Below are positions 24,750-38,800 of a stretch of DNA of 64,000 nt, piece after piece. This stretch comes from Phoronis australis (lineage: Eukaryota; Animalia; Phoronida). The notes beneath the pieces are model-generated. The model saw only the letters and a program-made list of their open reading frames with translations. It searched no databases and had not been told where the DNA came from. Both the position numbers and the translations under genes were made by a program. The DNA lies in assembly GCA_002633005.1 (NCBI GenBank), contig NMRA01000007.1:1673042-1737041 (forward strand), in the 5' to 3' direction. Every line of letters starts with the position of its first letter. Within the stretch, counting starts at the first letter, position 1.

Positions 24750-25840
24750 AGTCCATTGACCGAAGCTCACTTTGTAAAGGTGCAGTGGGAGACAATTTTC
24801 AATCACATCCAATAGATGGCAGCAGAAGCAGTGGTATAAAACACTGTTCTCAGACCAAACCAGCTGCTGGTCTCAATAAACGTAAGGGAGACAGCTTGCC
24901 CAAGATGATGATTCGAAAAGATAAGAAGAAAAAGAAGAAGTCGAAAATTGCAATACACATTGGACAAAGGGTTAGTTTTGAGTCAGAGGCTGCAGGGCGT
25001 GAAAACACCTCTGAGATAAGGTCACAAACAATAGTGAATAGCATACAGAACAAGATAAAGAAGGAGAAAAGGTCAACAGTGGATGGTTCGGAAAATAGTG
25101 TCGGAAGAAACAAGAAAAGTTATTGTAAAACATTGAAAAGTGATTGTGAGGTTGAGGATAGATCAGATCATAGTTTATTGTGTAGTCAAGGAACCGCGAA
25201 TGTCCCAATAATTAAAAAAAAGGCTAGGAAAAGGGTGCTGAGCAAAGACCAAACATCAAACACTAGTGATTTGAGTGAAATAGAATGTAAGGATGTATCA
25301 TTTGGTTCTCCAGTCGGTCACAGTGAGGATGTTGGTGCAAATAAGCGGGTCTTAAAAAGAAAGAAAAGGGACAAAACAGATTTGACTGAATTCATTAGCT
25401 CCACAAGAGGACAAGAGATGTCTTTAGGTACTGATGAGATTAATGCTGTAATGAAGAAGAAAAAAAAGAAGAAGCGGCAAAGTTTGTTGTCACCTGACCT
25501 GGGTTCTCCTCAGCAGACGTGTCAGGGAATTGTGGGTAATACTGGTGTGGAGCACCCTCTTGTGGCAGTTGGTCGAAACGACAGTGAAGTGAGAATGAAG
25601 AAATTTGATACACATGAAATGTTGAGTGGTGATGGTCTGCAATTATTGACACCAGTCAAGGTGTTGGGTGGTGGACATGGTGACTTGCTTGCGAAAAACG
25701 TTAAGAAACTCAAAAAGATCAGAAAACGAGACAAGGGCAAAATGAAACGATTGCGTGCTAATAAGAAAATAAACAATTCCAAGGCCATGAAGTCAAAGAA
25801 TTCCGGTATGAAGAAGCGTAAAAAGATCAAAAAAAATTAG
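24750..25840 (+). CDS. NEPRO: NEPRO last exon, Lys-rich low-complexity tail
   Basis: ttttcag|AG TCC ATT GAC CGA is in frame with the long ORF 24785..25840, which has several poly-Lys tracts. AATAAA signals occur downstream (about 26134, 26715, 26858). Confidence 0.88.
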
Positions 25841-26402
25841 TTATGAGTGATTGTAATAATACATTTGGGTAAAGTAAAGCCAAATGCAGCGCCATTATTT
25901 TGGTTATTTTGGGTGGATCCCTTTGTTTTAGTTCTTCAATGCAAAGAAATAGCATTCCTTTTTACTCTGTCACATGATAACACCGTGGACTGATTGGAGT
26001 CCATTGATCGATTCAAAATGAAGATTCATTGCCATTAATTTGACTTGTTCCATTTTGAAGTTTCCGATTTCAATTTGACCCAATTAATGCTGTTCTTGCC
26101 CACTTCTAATTTTTCCTAAAAATTGGGAGTATCAATAAAAACGCTACTGTCATTCTCTGAAATGCAAAAACTGTTCCAAGAAATTTTGTAATTGATGTTT
26201 TGGCCAAGTAAGTGTATGGGGCGACTCATAAGTCTCTGCCTATACTTAGCTACAGTTTAGTTACGGATGTTGTAATTTTTTGACATTTGGAACAATGACC
26301 CTTGAAAATGTCTTTGAGAACATAGTGCTGCATGATATTATATGAGCGACAGGAGAATGAGCGACAACACAGTCTGAAAATTTAAGACATGGGGATGGTT
26401 AG

Positions 26403-26564
26403 CAGTGGCAGATTTAGAGGGGGGACAAAGGCGGCCATGAACCCCCCCCCCTAAACTTCTCCCAGATTTCATTTGACATTTCGGTGCGAATGTCTGACAG
26501 GTAAAATCTTGGCTAATACTCTGCCCTGCCCCCCCCCCTACTCAAAATCCTGGATCCGCCCCTG
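26403..26564. mobile_element. MITE family A copy
   Basis: CAGTGGCAGATTT...GGATCCGCCCCTG; flanks GTTAG/TTTAG; shares the internal TTGGCTAATACTCTGC. Confidence 0.85.
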
Positions 26565-28395
26565 TTTAGGGACTTCTGGGCTTATGCTACAGAACTTTGA
26601 TGTCTTGCTCAGTTTGCTTTCTGGTGGTGTGGTGTCATCAACAGTACAATGGAAAGTGTTCTACAGAAGTCAATCATTGAATGGCTTTTGTGAATATTCC
26701 ATTGATACTAACATTGTCAATTAGTTGTAAATGCTTATCTCGTTCCCAGTTTAAAAGCATTGGTCAAAGATTAAAATAAATGTGTAAAGTTACCATTTAC
26801 TTGTTGTGTTCATTCAGTTCTGTAATTATCACATGAATTACTATTGCTTGAAATTTATAATAAAAATAATTTTTTTTTGATTTTCTCAAGTGCTAGTTTA
26901 ACGTGCAACGTTGAAAAACCCTGTTTTAGTTATATCAAGTGTTATTTGACTCATTCCCTTAAAATCAAGTGGCACTGTTTATAAGTGTCTGAGTATTTTG
27001 GTGCTACGTGGCTGTTGGATTTCATTCAAGATTAAAATGTCAGGAATTTGAACCGAAAGCGTCTTGTTTGGCTCTGATTAGGCGGGGTTAAGTGTTACGA
27101 GGGCTCTTCTGATCTCTTATTTAGTCGTTCGTCTGTTGACCGGTCTCGTGCGTGTTGAATGCACATTGTTGTAATTATCTCAACACAGGTCGTTTAGGCA
27201 TAGTTCCAAAGTCATGTCTATCGTTCGAGCTGTCTAATCAACGACTGTGAAATAAACAAAAGGACACCCAACCGTTTGCAATTTAGATTAATTAACAGGT
27301 TTTACTAGGTCAAAGTTTGCAGTCTTGGTCTTAATTTGTTTTGGTTTGACTTTAAATCAAGGTAATGTTTAGCTTCCGAGGAAACTATTTTGTAATATAC
27401 TGCAGTTTTGAGACCTTTGCTCGGCTGCAACTAGGTTACTGATTTCTTTTTTTTAAATAAAGCCCTGTAAGTCTCACCAACCTAAAAAAAAGTTTGGAGC
27501 AAGTTAGAACGTTTTCTAGACCTAGTAGCGTTACCAGCGCTTTAGGGTAGATAATGGGCGATTGCGGGGAATGTTGCCCACCGGGAACCACAAGTCGATC
27601 CCTCATACTAAATTGTATTTTGGAGGTTTCAGTTGTACAAGAACGTGTAGCAATTCGGTTTGGAGTAAAATCACCGGGAAGGGGCTTAGTATTCTTTTAG
27701 CAATGTCATTAGTTTTGATTGGGCAATTTTCTGGTTGAAATGAATTGAGCTGTCTTGTTCATGTTGTTCATACACATAAATCGTTCATTGGACTTTAAAC
27801 CTCTTTTCAGCGCCTCTTTAGAATGTGGGTTGTTCATCGACGGTGGCCCATTCTCCTCAACTTTTGCGCGCCGTGGTACGTGCTGTCTTTTACATTATTT
27901 GTCAGATTAAGTAAACAGAAACCCTGCTACCCAACGAGTGTACAGTCTTCACCCCGGCACACCTGTAGAGCTTTATATAGAAACCCAAGCTTGTCTATCA
28001 TTTCCTGATCCATTATCGCTTAGAAATATTACCGTGGTGCTTGCGGTGATAACGCTTTAGATATTTATTTTGATGGATGGTTTGTTGGACATTTTAACTG
28101 AAAAATGCTATTTAGTTTTTTTTTCTCTACAACCTTTAACTTTTTGTACTCCATTGAAGTCTTAAATGGTATGTGAACAGAAAGAGTTCAGACGCAGTTG
28201 CTTTTACACTTTTTTGTTTGAGAGCAGGTTGGCCACAGTGTTTATTCGGGTGGACTCCTTCGCGATACCCGTAAAGTAACATGCCGTCGCCGTTTATTTT
28301 TTTATTTTTTACTATGCTTGGGAGGAGGCCGGATCCCCGGGCCCTTCAATCTACATTGCTTGTGTTCATTCTTGCAATATCACTAAATTATAGGC

Positions 28396-28722
28396 TATTA
28401 ACGCGGTATTCAACCCAATTCAATCAAAAATAATAAGTTTTGATTTACTGAGGCCACTTAACGTTATAAAATTTAAATTTTCTTGCTCCTTATTCAGTAT
28501 AAAAGGGATTTTTTTTACTCGGAGAGAAGTCGCCAGTTATTTCTTCAGATCAAGCTGATAAACCTTTAGGTCACGGTGTGACCTGTACCGTTATGAGCCT
28601 GGTACGAAGCCCTGAAATCACCTCTAATTTGTCTAAGGAACAATTCGGACCAATTTCATAATGTTAAGTGGCCTAAATCAAACAGTTTTTGACAGAAAGT
28701 ATAGATTTAATGCCACTTTAAT
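28396..28722. repeat. Foldback (MITE-like) element
   Basis: TTTGATTT...AGGCCACTTAACGTTATAAAATT / AATTTCATAATGTTAAGTGGCCTAAATCAAA. Confidence 0.6.
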
Positions 28723-31700
28723 AAAACGATACTATTGAATACGCACACGTTGCCATTGTGCACAGCAACACTAGTATTTCTGACTTGAAACGAATTCCGC
28801 GGCATTGGGAAACATTTGTTGACCGAATTAATCTTGACAGAACCCGGGGGACAGAACACAGGTTGAAAACAGTCGTAGTAAAAAGAAACAGTTTATTAGT
28901 AAAGGGTTTGTAACAGTATATTTGTAAAACCGAGCGGTCCTAGCAACTACCTTTTAGTTCTTCGTCGCAACGGTTGTTGCTTTTGATAGCAAGCATGTTC
29001 GTATGTGTAGGCAACGTTATCTCAAAGCGTATTTCGTTTTTTGTTCAAATTATGTGCATTAAATGGAAGACCGGGGAACTATGTCTCTCTATAGTCAAGA
29101 CAGTGTTAGTGTATTTAAACTTAAACATAAATTAACATAAAATATTTCCCTGTTGTCATTGTACAATTTTGATCACATGGGCTTACTGAGCATATAATAC
29201 CAGGAAAGCGTTTTCATTGAAGGGAATCTTTTATTGAGGGTGTAGTTTGGATGCCAATGAATCCGCTCCCGTATATCTACGTACTCACGCGCGCATGCGG
29301 CCGGTGTATACTGCTGACAGACTCATGCTGAAGAATGTGATCTCCAGTCCTGCAAATAGAATCCATGAAGAGACGACAGTATATTGACGTAGACTGTTTT
29401 GCCTGCAGCTGAAACTTCTGACAAGAAAAAGTTCACGCCACTTCTGTTGAGTTCAAAATATGGAACTTTAACTTAGCAGTTTTCGTTTTATATTACCTGT
29501 AGTAAAGTGTTAGTGTATAGTGAGCATTACAAATCTTTTTAGATCGTGGCTAGACCGTCTGTTCTTCAGCGCTGTTGGTTTTAGAGAGAATCTATCGCCA
29601 TTGACGTCAGTGGTCAGGAAGTAAAAACATAAAGAAGTGCTCGTGTTTGACAAAATGCCTCAACTGATCCAGCCTGTATAATACAATTAGTGCGATGTGG
29701 TGTCGACTAATCGAATAAGCAAACAAAAAACCTTTTAGGGGCTTACAAGAATTTCCCTAATAATGGTTCTCAAAGGCAAGCGAGCAATTTATAAGACATA
29801 TAGTACAACGGTACCCAAATTCATCTCCTGGTACACGCACGTAGTATTGTAAATGACACATATATTTTGTCTGTTAGATTAAATCGTATAATAATTTGAC
29901 AACTGTTGTTTTAAAAAGTATCTGAACTTTGCTTGACCGTCTCACGGTGTGTGGTTGTCTGGCCAGCACGTCACGCGCTGGGCCTACAGGGTGGAACAGA
30001 ATGCGAGCCTGAGATGATCAATGCTGTCCAGCCGAGGACGGGGCCGTGGTCTCACAGGAGGGATGTCGAAGTGGGGAGAATGGAAAGCGACTTGCAACTA
30101 TGCTCTTGGGAGGTAAAGCGAGCGTTTCGAGAATCAAAATAATTGATGTCTACACGTTTTATTGCTTGGCGTTTTTGCCAAATGTGTCACTCAGTCGTAT
30201 TTTTGTTTCACAATCGTTTCTTTGCAAGACACAGTGAGGGCCACATTACTTGACCGATTGACTTGTCATAACTTGTAACTCCTCAACAGCTCGAGGCCTA
30301 TCGTTGTCGGGGATACAAGATCATGGCGCTGGGACGGCCATTTTCGAATTTTCGTTTTGCTGCGCTATTCTAATATGGTTTTTAAATGCAATTGTGTATG
30401 AGAAGTCTCAGCAAGCGGTACAAGAAGTGCTTATCTATTTCTCGCTACGGTTTTACGTTCTCGCGTTATTCGAGATTTTATGCTTTTTATTGATTCTTCG
30501 ATGCATTTTTGCCAGTTTACCACCTGCTGTGTTAGGTTGTTTCGTATTCAGTTTAGTCATTGAATTTTTGGCTTAAAATGGTAGTGTGGTCCACAAATAG
30601 ATATGATTTTGCTCGTGTAAAGTGAGTGTTCGTCACCGTCACCAACTTGGAACCAAGGTTTCGGGTCACAGTCTCGATAAAATTAAATGAAAAGAGCAGA
30701 ATTTAATTTATTTGGTTAATGTTATGTTGCTACGTTGTCCAAATTACATTACATGATTTTATTTTACGGCTTCTGCTTCAGTGAATAACCTTAAGAACAA
30801 TGTTTGTTTTTAAGGTTAGAAAGGTCGTTTAGATTGTAGAGTTAGGCAATCATATAAATTTTATCTTTGAATGGTGCACTCCAATATTAAACAGCGATTT
30901 TTTACGAAACTAGGATGAACTATAAATAATCGTCTTATGGCGCCATCACACTGTGACGAACTGGCTTGGCGTATTCGAGCGAACGGGAAATATTTAACGG
31001 TCGTTCGAACACGCTGAAGTTTGCACTTTGCTTTGACGGTGCCTCATGATGTCCGTTTTGTGGGAAATCTTCCCAAATCGCGAGTATTCACTGACTTCAT
31101 GAAATTTCGGACATGTGCAGAAGAGATGGGTTGTTGTCTCTTGACGGAAATGGATTGGACAAAAATCGATCCATTAGTTTGAAAGATTTGTCAATGTCGA
31201 ATCACCAAAAATATTAGGCTATAACATCTTTGCAACCCCTTGAAGACGAAACAAAAACAAATTTAGCGTGCTTTGAACTGCTGCGCCCGTGGCAAAAAGT
31301 ATGATCTACTAGTTTCCCAAAGTTATTGTATGAACGTGGGCGAGAGCTGAGAGCTAACGTGACGAGTGTAACGCCTTAAAACAAACCAGGCGTACAAGTT
31401 TAGAGCCGTTTGGCATTGTTTTGACTTCTTACCTCACAAGAACATAAAAAATTAACAAAAATAAACACTGATCTCTCCATTAATGTCAGTCGGGTAGAGT
31501 GCGATACGATTAGGTAGGATTAAATCGGCTTAGAATAAAACAGTGACTATATGCGTCGACAAGTTGTGTAAATAGAACGTGCCGCTCGGGAACATCTGAA
31601 ATACTGACCTTCCAAGATTAATACAAATATGCACTTCATTGTCCATCCACCAATTTTAAAGATTATTGAGTAAGAATTCTGCCATTTGCATTTATGCACA

Positions 31701-33129
31701 TCCAAGGCAACATTCCCTTTATATATAATCCACACTAATGTCGGCTTGTATTGGCCATTTCGAACAAAAAAAAACAAAGAAATACATCCTTGATCGTATA
31801 CATATATTAGAAGCTACTGAAAGGAATCCCCAGCCAATTTACTGAAGAATTTCCCCCAAAAAAACGCACCCTGGTGTCTTAAAATTCCTGACCGATTCTT
31901 GCCTGATGATCACGAATAAGGCCTGCTCAGTGGCGTGTCTTTTTGCGGATTTTTTCCGGAATCAGAGATAGCGGAATTATTACCCGTGTTCACTCGACTA
32001 AAATATTGCCGAAAAAAATCTTAAAATTTTCACCGAGTCTTTGGTTAGAGAGCACCGTGACTTTCAAAAACCTGACACATTTGCACGAAAAATAGAAATT
32101 CTGATTTCGTATTCTTCAATCTTCCGCTTCAATGAATTTATTAAAAACCTTACAATACGAATTCTAGCACAAATCAAATTTTTTCCCAAACGTGGCCCTT
32201 TCAACGCGGCATCAAATATTCTCAAAATAAACAGAATTTAATAAAGAATTTTTAATTCAAATTTAATTTTCGGTGGTGCACCAACAGAATGGCAGCCAAG
32301 GTTGAATAACTGGCCTTCAATTTTTAAGAACATGCAAAAAAGGGGCTGCAATTTGTGCAGTGTTCTACCTCTCAATTAACGACTTGATGATGGCAGGGTG
32401 ATACTAATAAAGAAAGGGTCCTCTTTTTAACAACTCGTGGGATACCTGAGCTTTGTTCTGTAGACTCACGAAACTCGCACAAACACAAGACCGAAAGTCT
32501 GCGAGATATCGCCTTGCAATACAAATGAAACACATGGTAACACTAGCTTTACTCGCGATTGTTTTGATTCTATGGGACGCAGTCCAGAACGCATGTATTC
32601 TTGGAGGAAAACCATCGTGTTACACTCAGGCTAGCGCGACTTAATATATTGAGTTTCAGGTTCCTTACTATGAAAGCAAAGAACCGTGTTTTTAAACTCG
32701 TGTCAGGTTGACTGGTATCAGCTTAAATATAATGAAAAATTTGTTGTCCCCATCGTGGTTCCAAAAAATATGGCTACGTGGCAAAAAAACAGTAAGCATG
32801 ACGTCATCGTAAAATAGTGAGCTTGAACTGTTCATCTAAAACTTTTCTAAAAATACCGGAGGCTTGGATAAATATTTTGAATAAAGGCAATATACTGTAA
32901 CACAGAATGTAAAAGCAAAACTCCACCGAGGTAACAGTGGATGCTTCGCCAACGTTTCCAATGGTATATGGAAGGAGTTCGAGGCGATAGACGTCGAGCT
33001 GCAAACAAATAATGTTTTTTGTCGCCTACGTTGTCGCCAATACAAATTGCTTTCTATCAAGTTCATTTAAATATTTAATATCGTTTGCCCGAGTCTTTCA
33101 AGAACTGTTGCCGATAATTCGAAAAATAT

Positions 33130-33441
33130 TTTGTAACAATAATGGGGATGGCAACGACAATTGTGATAGTAATAGTAATAGTGAAAATAACAATAATAAT
33201 AATAATTATAACATAACATAATCATAGTAATGATAATAGTAATAATAATAATAACAAGAAGAAATATATAGTAATGTATAGTAAATGTTAATAATGTAAT
33301 TTATGGCATAAATTTTGTCAATCAATAACGTTTGTATTATTACATGTTTACTAGTAAATGTTCTTGTTTTAATAACAATAATATTATTATTGTTATTGTT
33401 ACTATTACTATCATCATCATCATCATCATTATTATTATTAC

Positions 33442-33473
<32 letters not shown>

Positions 33474-33475
33474 CA
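33130..33475. repeat. (AAT)n/(TAT)n/(CAT)n microsatellite complex
   Basis: Visible trinucleotide arrays in opposing orientation. Confidence 0.9.
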
Positions 33476-34697
33476 CAAGTTCGTATTTGTTTATTTGGTG
33501 GTGTCACTCACAATTGTCGTTGAACGCGAAGTGCATTTATGATGTTCCAACGTGTGAGAAATTCCACTTGTTGCTCATTTTCATTGCTACAAAAATTTGT
33601 CGGGACGCATAGGCAGACTTAATGGGGGCCCTGGGGCCTTACGGACACCACCAAAAAAAAAACGCCGTTGGCATGTCGTTTTTAGGGTTCGGAAAATGTA
33701 GTTGCTCCCCGTTTACGACATCCTAAATCCGCCAGTTCGAACCTCCTCTAAACAGCCAGCAAGGGATGGTTTAGTGAGTTTGCCTATTGCTGTTTAAGAA
33801 GCCATTCGTTTATCCCCTCATCAAGTTGTGTTTTTTGCATATTACAGTAACATTTAATTTGTTGTTTAGCTGTCGAAATAGCTTCAGCGGTTTGCTGTTT
33901 AACGAAGGGCGTGCCTGAATGTGCTAACGAAGCGTCATTTATTTCCATTCTCCTGCGCAATTTTTACAGAAACCTCGTTGCGACTAAGTAAGAAATTTTC
34001 AAGACTGTAACACATCCTTGGAGGCAAAACAGTGCAATTGATCAAATTAAGGTGACCTCGGAAAGACCCCTTCGAACTAATCACAACCAGTTGTCCGGCA
34101 CGTTGTGTAGTAGAAAACGTTGTGGGAATTCCGTGAGAAATTTTTCCCGTGAGCATCTTCTACGCCCCCGGGACGGGTAATCTACCAACATTTGGACGTA
34201 GCAGACGACTCCCAGAGAACCCGCCGGTGGCGTTTGACTTGTGGCGCTCAGCTGCGGTGCGTGTTGAATTGATTGTCGATACAAATTGAGTTGTATCAAC
34301 TACACGTGTAGTTTGGTGTTTTGCAATTTTTGAATGTCACAACGCAGCGTGTTTGACATAGGCTACTGGGACCAATTAGTCGATTTCATGCACTTTACCT
34401 AATAAACGCTAACTAGGCGTTATATGTGGCTAACCAATCCCCTAATACCTCGGAGGAGGATCTCGGTTTGTACCGCCGCGGGAGATCGCGTGTTACATGT
34501 ATGTTTTGAACACCGAAACGAGTCGATTTAGGGAATGACTACGGCTTGAATTCCTGAACCGTGTTCGGGTTGCCTATGTCATTTTCAGGTTTTTAACTTG
34601 ACTGGTTCTCAGAACTGTTATTTTTAACCTTCTTTTTGGCCACCGTTCTGTGTTCATTAAGTAGAGCTGCGAAAAAACGTTATATTATGTTAGTTTG

Positions 34698-34898
34698 CAT
34701 GCGCGCACCCAGTGGGGATGCTCGGAGCTCGAAGGAGTCCCTTTATTTGGTGGGTGGGCAAAAAGGTCCGCCTCAGAGAAACAAAAACTTCGAAAAAAGT
34801 AGGAAACGAGACAAAAGTCCACTAAAAAGGCAGGAACTACCAAAAACCCACTATCAAAAATTCGATCCCCCCATTTTTAGGCTGAGTGCGCGCGCATA
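34698..34898. mobile_element. 5-bp-TSD MITE (CATGCGCGCAC termini)
   Basis: CATGCGCGCACCCAG...CTGAGTGCGCGCGCATA; TSD GTTTG. Confidence 0.7.
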
Positions 34899-35649
34899 GT
34901 TTGCAAGTCTTTGCATTTACAGTTTTATTTTTTTATTGAATTGCGAACCTGATCGGTCAACGAACAGTTTGAAATTCCTTTCTTGCCAGTTGTCTTGTAT
35001 TGGTCTGTGTATTTTTGAAGATGAAATACAACTTCTAAATCAACGAAAAAGTACCGTGAAATAGGAAAAAACTATAACCAGCATCGTGTTTAAATATGTG
35101 CACAGACGCTTAAGACAGAATTTCAGTTGTTATGCGTTTTCAATTTCAGGAATGGTAGTCAATCATTACAAATATCTTTAGCCGTTTCTTAATACCACGT
35201 AATTTCAACGCACGTGGGTGCTCACTGCAGTAAAAACGTGTGCTAGCCTCGGTCCAGCCTCCAGCGGGCAGTCGGCTTCATGCACGCCAAAAATAGTCAA
35301 GTTCCTGACTCTGTTGACTTCCTAACTTAGAAAATGACGTTAGTTGACTAGCCTTACTCAGTGCTGCGCATTTACTTCGAACCAAAACCATCACAGAATA
35401 CGCGAACCGTGAGATTATAAATGCGTTGCCGTTTCCTAGCAGACATCAATATGGCGGAAAGAGAAATATTGTGATAAGGGGACCAATCTGTGCCCGTGTT
35501 GGAGAGCCAGCATTCGTTGCAAAGTTACTCGACGTCACTTCTATGACCAATCAGGAACTAGAATAGTTCGATACTGGCTAGTCTTTTCTATGGTAATTCC
35601 CGTCTTGTAGTATTACAATATGACATTATCAAAAAATAAATATCAAAGC

Positions 35650-35885
35650 ATCAAATAACGTCTCTCTGTCAATATCATTGATTCACAGAATAACGTCTAC
35701 CTCCAAGTAATATCACTCAGAGAACAACGTCTGACTTCCAGTATACTGCAAAAAGGTCTACCTGTAATACCCATGCAGTGAATACAGTGAATAACGTCTG
35801 CCTCCCAGTATGATATCATGGCGTGAATAACGTCTGCCTTACAATAACATCATGGAGTGAGTAACGTCCACCGTCTAGTAATATT
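35650..35885. repeat. Degenerate tandem repeat of about 32-35 bp
   Basis: Recurrent GAATAACGTCTGCCT...AGTAATATCA units, about 6 copies. Confidence 0.75.
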
Positions 35886-38800
35886 GAATATTGAAACTGC
35901 AGTAGTATCAGAACAATTTTGCATTTCGGAAATATCATTTAGTGGATTGCGTTTGATTCCTAACAGTGCGCTGTGTTGTTCATTCAATACTAGTGACCAT
36001 CATTGCTCAGGAGCTCGGTACACTTGTTGCAGTCAACTAAATGTCTTTTTATTCTAAAATTAGAGTCTATTTCTTTTATAGTAATCTCAAATCATAAGTT
36101 ATTTGCTTATTTACATGGAACACACTTGTTTGATTTTGTCACGTGTTCTTTGAATTCGTAATGACCCGGCGGCATCTCATTCGAAATTATTGAAACCATT
36201 CGTGACCACATGCTAAATAAATAAGCTAATCATAATCAAAACGTGACCAAAATGAAGTAAAAAACGCTTTGAAATTCAGAAACACAACCTTTTACAAGTA
36301 AGTAAGTCCGGTTACAATAGAAAAATTAAAAGCAACACAGTGGAAATAATTGATTTCAGTTTTTTTTTTAATTCCTGACATCTCGTGAGTGTGTGATTTG
36401 ATTAAGTGCCATATTTTTATTTTCGTTTTGCCATCCAAGTTATTCCAAGAGTAAATCACTTTGGAAATGATACAATTACGCGGCATTTGCTGATTTGAAG
36501 ACTTGAATTCAACAGTAATTATAGTGTTAAAACATATTATAGTGATGTGGCCAGTATCGTCGGGATCGTCCTACCGAAATCTGCAGGAAAAATCCATAAA
36601 AATCCGCATTTGTCAAGATTTGGAGGCTCCATCGCTGAGGTGGCCGGGCAGTAAAAATCAACCAGAGGTGCACGTTATTGCAATTCAGGCAAGGAACGCG
36701 CTGTTTTGAGTCCGAAACTTTTGTTCGTTTGTTGGAAAAGCATTGTGCGCGGATTTTTTTTTTTTTTTTTTTTTTTACCGCTTTACATTTTAACAGCCAA
36801 CAAGGTCGGTGTCGGTTTGCTGCCAAGTGAATTAACTTGTAGCCGAGGTGCAATTGTCGGGCAGTTAACTCTATATTTTGATCCCGGTTTCACGCTAGGT
36901 CGATGGAGAAAATACACTTACAAATCTAGAAAGATTTTTCCCTCTAAAAAATGGCGTACTTTCGCGATGAAGCAGGACACTTAGTGCTGGCTGCGGGATG
37001 TACAACGTATTCACTCACCGTTTCAGTTTAAATACTACGCTTCATATGCAAACAAATGGGACAACAGATCAAATATGTATAACAAAAGGCAAAATGTGAA
37101 TCAAAAACAACCAAACAATTAGCAACGGTTTTACGGCTCAGCTGGTACCAATGCAACATGGCCGTCATTCAGGAATCCTTCCTGAACTGACACACAGGGA
37201 ACTCAGGTTACGGAAATCGACGAGAATAGTCGATGATTTTCTGATTTCATCTGAATTGGAGAATTGTGTTAAAAAAGGTTTGTTGTTTGACAACAAAGAG
37301 AGGAAAACATAGAACATCACATAATTTGGTACATATTTCCAAGCGTTTCAACTAGAATAACCATTAGAGGCGTGGCCGTCCGAAAAAGTGAGTGAAATGA
37401 GAAGCGGTCGCGGTAAAAGGAAAAATAGTATAGCTATCCTTCGGACGTCACATTCTCGTAAGGAGTTTTATTCCACACGCTCACTAACTTGATACGTCAC
37501 GTGCGTATTTCTGAATGTAGGGATACGCGAGTTTGAGGTTCGGAAGCAGCATGGCATATTTACTTTAAAAAACTAGTAACGCCACAGGCTCTCAAGGTGA
37601 AATTCGAATGAAATATCGTGTGTTGTACATTTTGTTTTATTAACCTCATTAGACGTCAGAGAGCGTACATGATCATTAAAAACAAGCATGTTCGTTTTTT
37701 TAACATGCAGGTTAAACTGTGTTCAACCCTTCAGCGAAATGGATACCATACGTGAAAACATGTGTTTGACGTGATGTCAGTTTGTCTATGCCCAGTGCTA
37801 ATAACTCCGACAATTAGATAACCAGGTATACGGGGTCATAGCCCGGTTACACAACCAAGCTTTGATAGGCGCTTGTCTGATACTGAAGCCGATTTTTGAA
37901 AGATTTTCGCTAACGTCATTAACCTACCTCAGAAAGTGAAAGCGAGTAATAATAAAGCAGAAAATATGATTGCAAAAAATAGTTAATGGTGAAAAAGATA
38001 CGTCATTTGTTGCTGAATGATTGTTCTCAATTAACAAAATTGTTCTTGTGTTAAAAATCTGGAACGTTTTCTTTGTCTTAAAGCTTCAGTGAATCTTTGT
38101 CTATTGGTAAAGTTAATTTATTTCTGGGGTTTGTTGTATATTTCATACATCATTCATTTTTCCCTCTTCACTAAATATTTATTAAGTGTTTGTTTAAAAA
38201 CTGTCGTGACTTCAGACTTTATTTTACGAATTCAGGGCTGAATGTCTATTCAGCCCAAGGTACGCAAACTACGTCACATTTGTCGACGTTATGAGGATAA
38301 CAAGAGAGAATATAACATACGTACGTAAATGCGTTTTCAATTTTAAAAAGCGTGAGAACTGGCAACTGTTGTGACGTCATGAGTACCCGTTGTGACGTAA
38401 TTGGTCTTCAAGAAGGCAACGATTACTCCACACATTACACGTTGCATTGATTCAATGTGGTGGCAATTTATTCGTTTCAAACTGACATTTGTTCTGTATT
38501 TTGAAACACTGTGGATAATTGACCATTTTATCGCGAGACAGCAGTCCATCCAAAGCAACAAGGCCGTTGGTTAGTCATTTGCCATCTGTTGAGATCATTT
38601 CACTATTTCAAGCAGCCAAAAAATTCAGTTTATTTCGAGAAAACAAGGAGCATCTGCCCGATATCAACTGCCAGCTTACCAAGCACCTCGTGATACTTCC
38701 TTGATTCTGGATTGGCTCGAATCCTGCGAATCTATGCTCTAGGGGGCGCAGGCATCAGTTTTCGCTATACCGCCGTTTTAAGATCAGTGGTGGTCTTCGC

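Noticed and set aside
24850-25830. Antisense ORFs rich in Phe/Leu
   Set aside because: Shadows of the Lys-rich NEPRO exon.
28568-28584. AGGTCA-n5-TGACCT inverted nuclear-receptor site
   Set aside because: It lies at the centre of a foldback repeat and the spacing is not a standard response element.
33012-33542. Poly-Asn/Leu/Ile ORFs
   Set aside because: Translations of microsatellites.
35650-35885. Repeat-spacer-like pattern of GAATAACGTCT
   Set aside because: The intervening sequences are homologous to each other, so this is a degenerate minisatellite.
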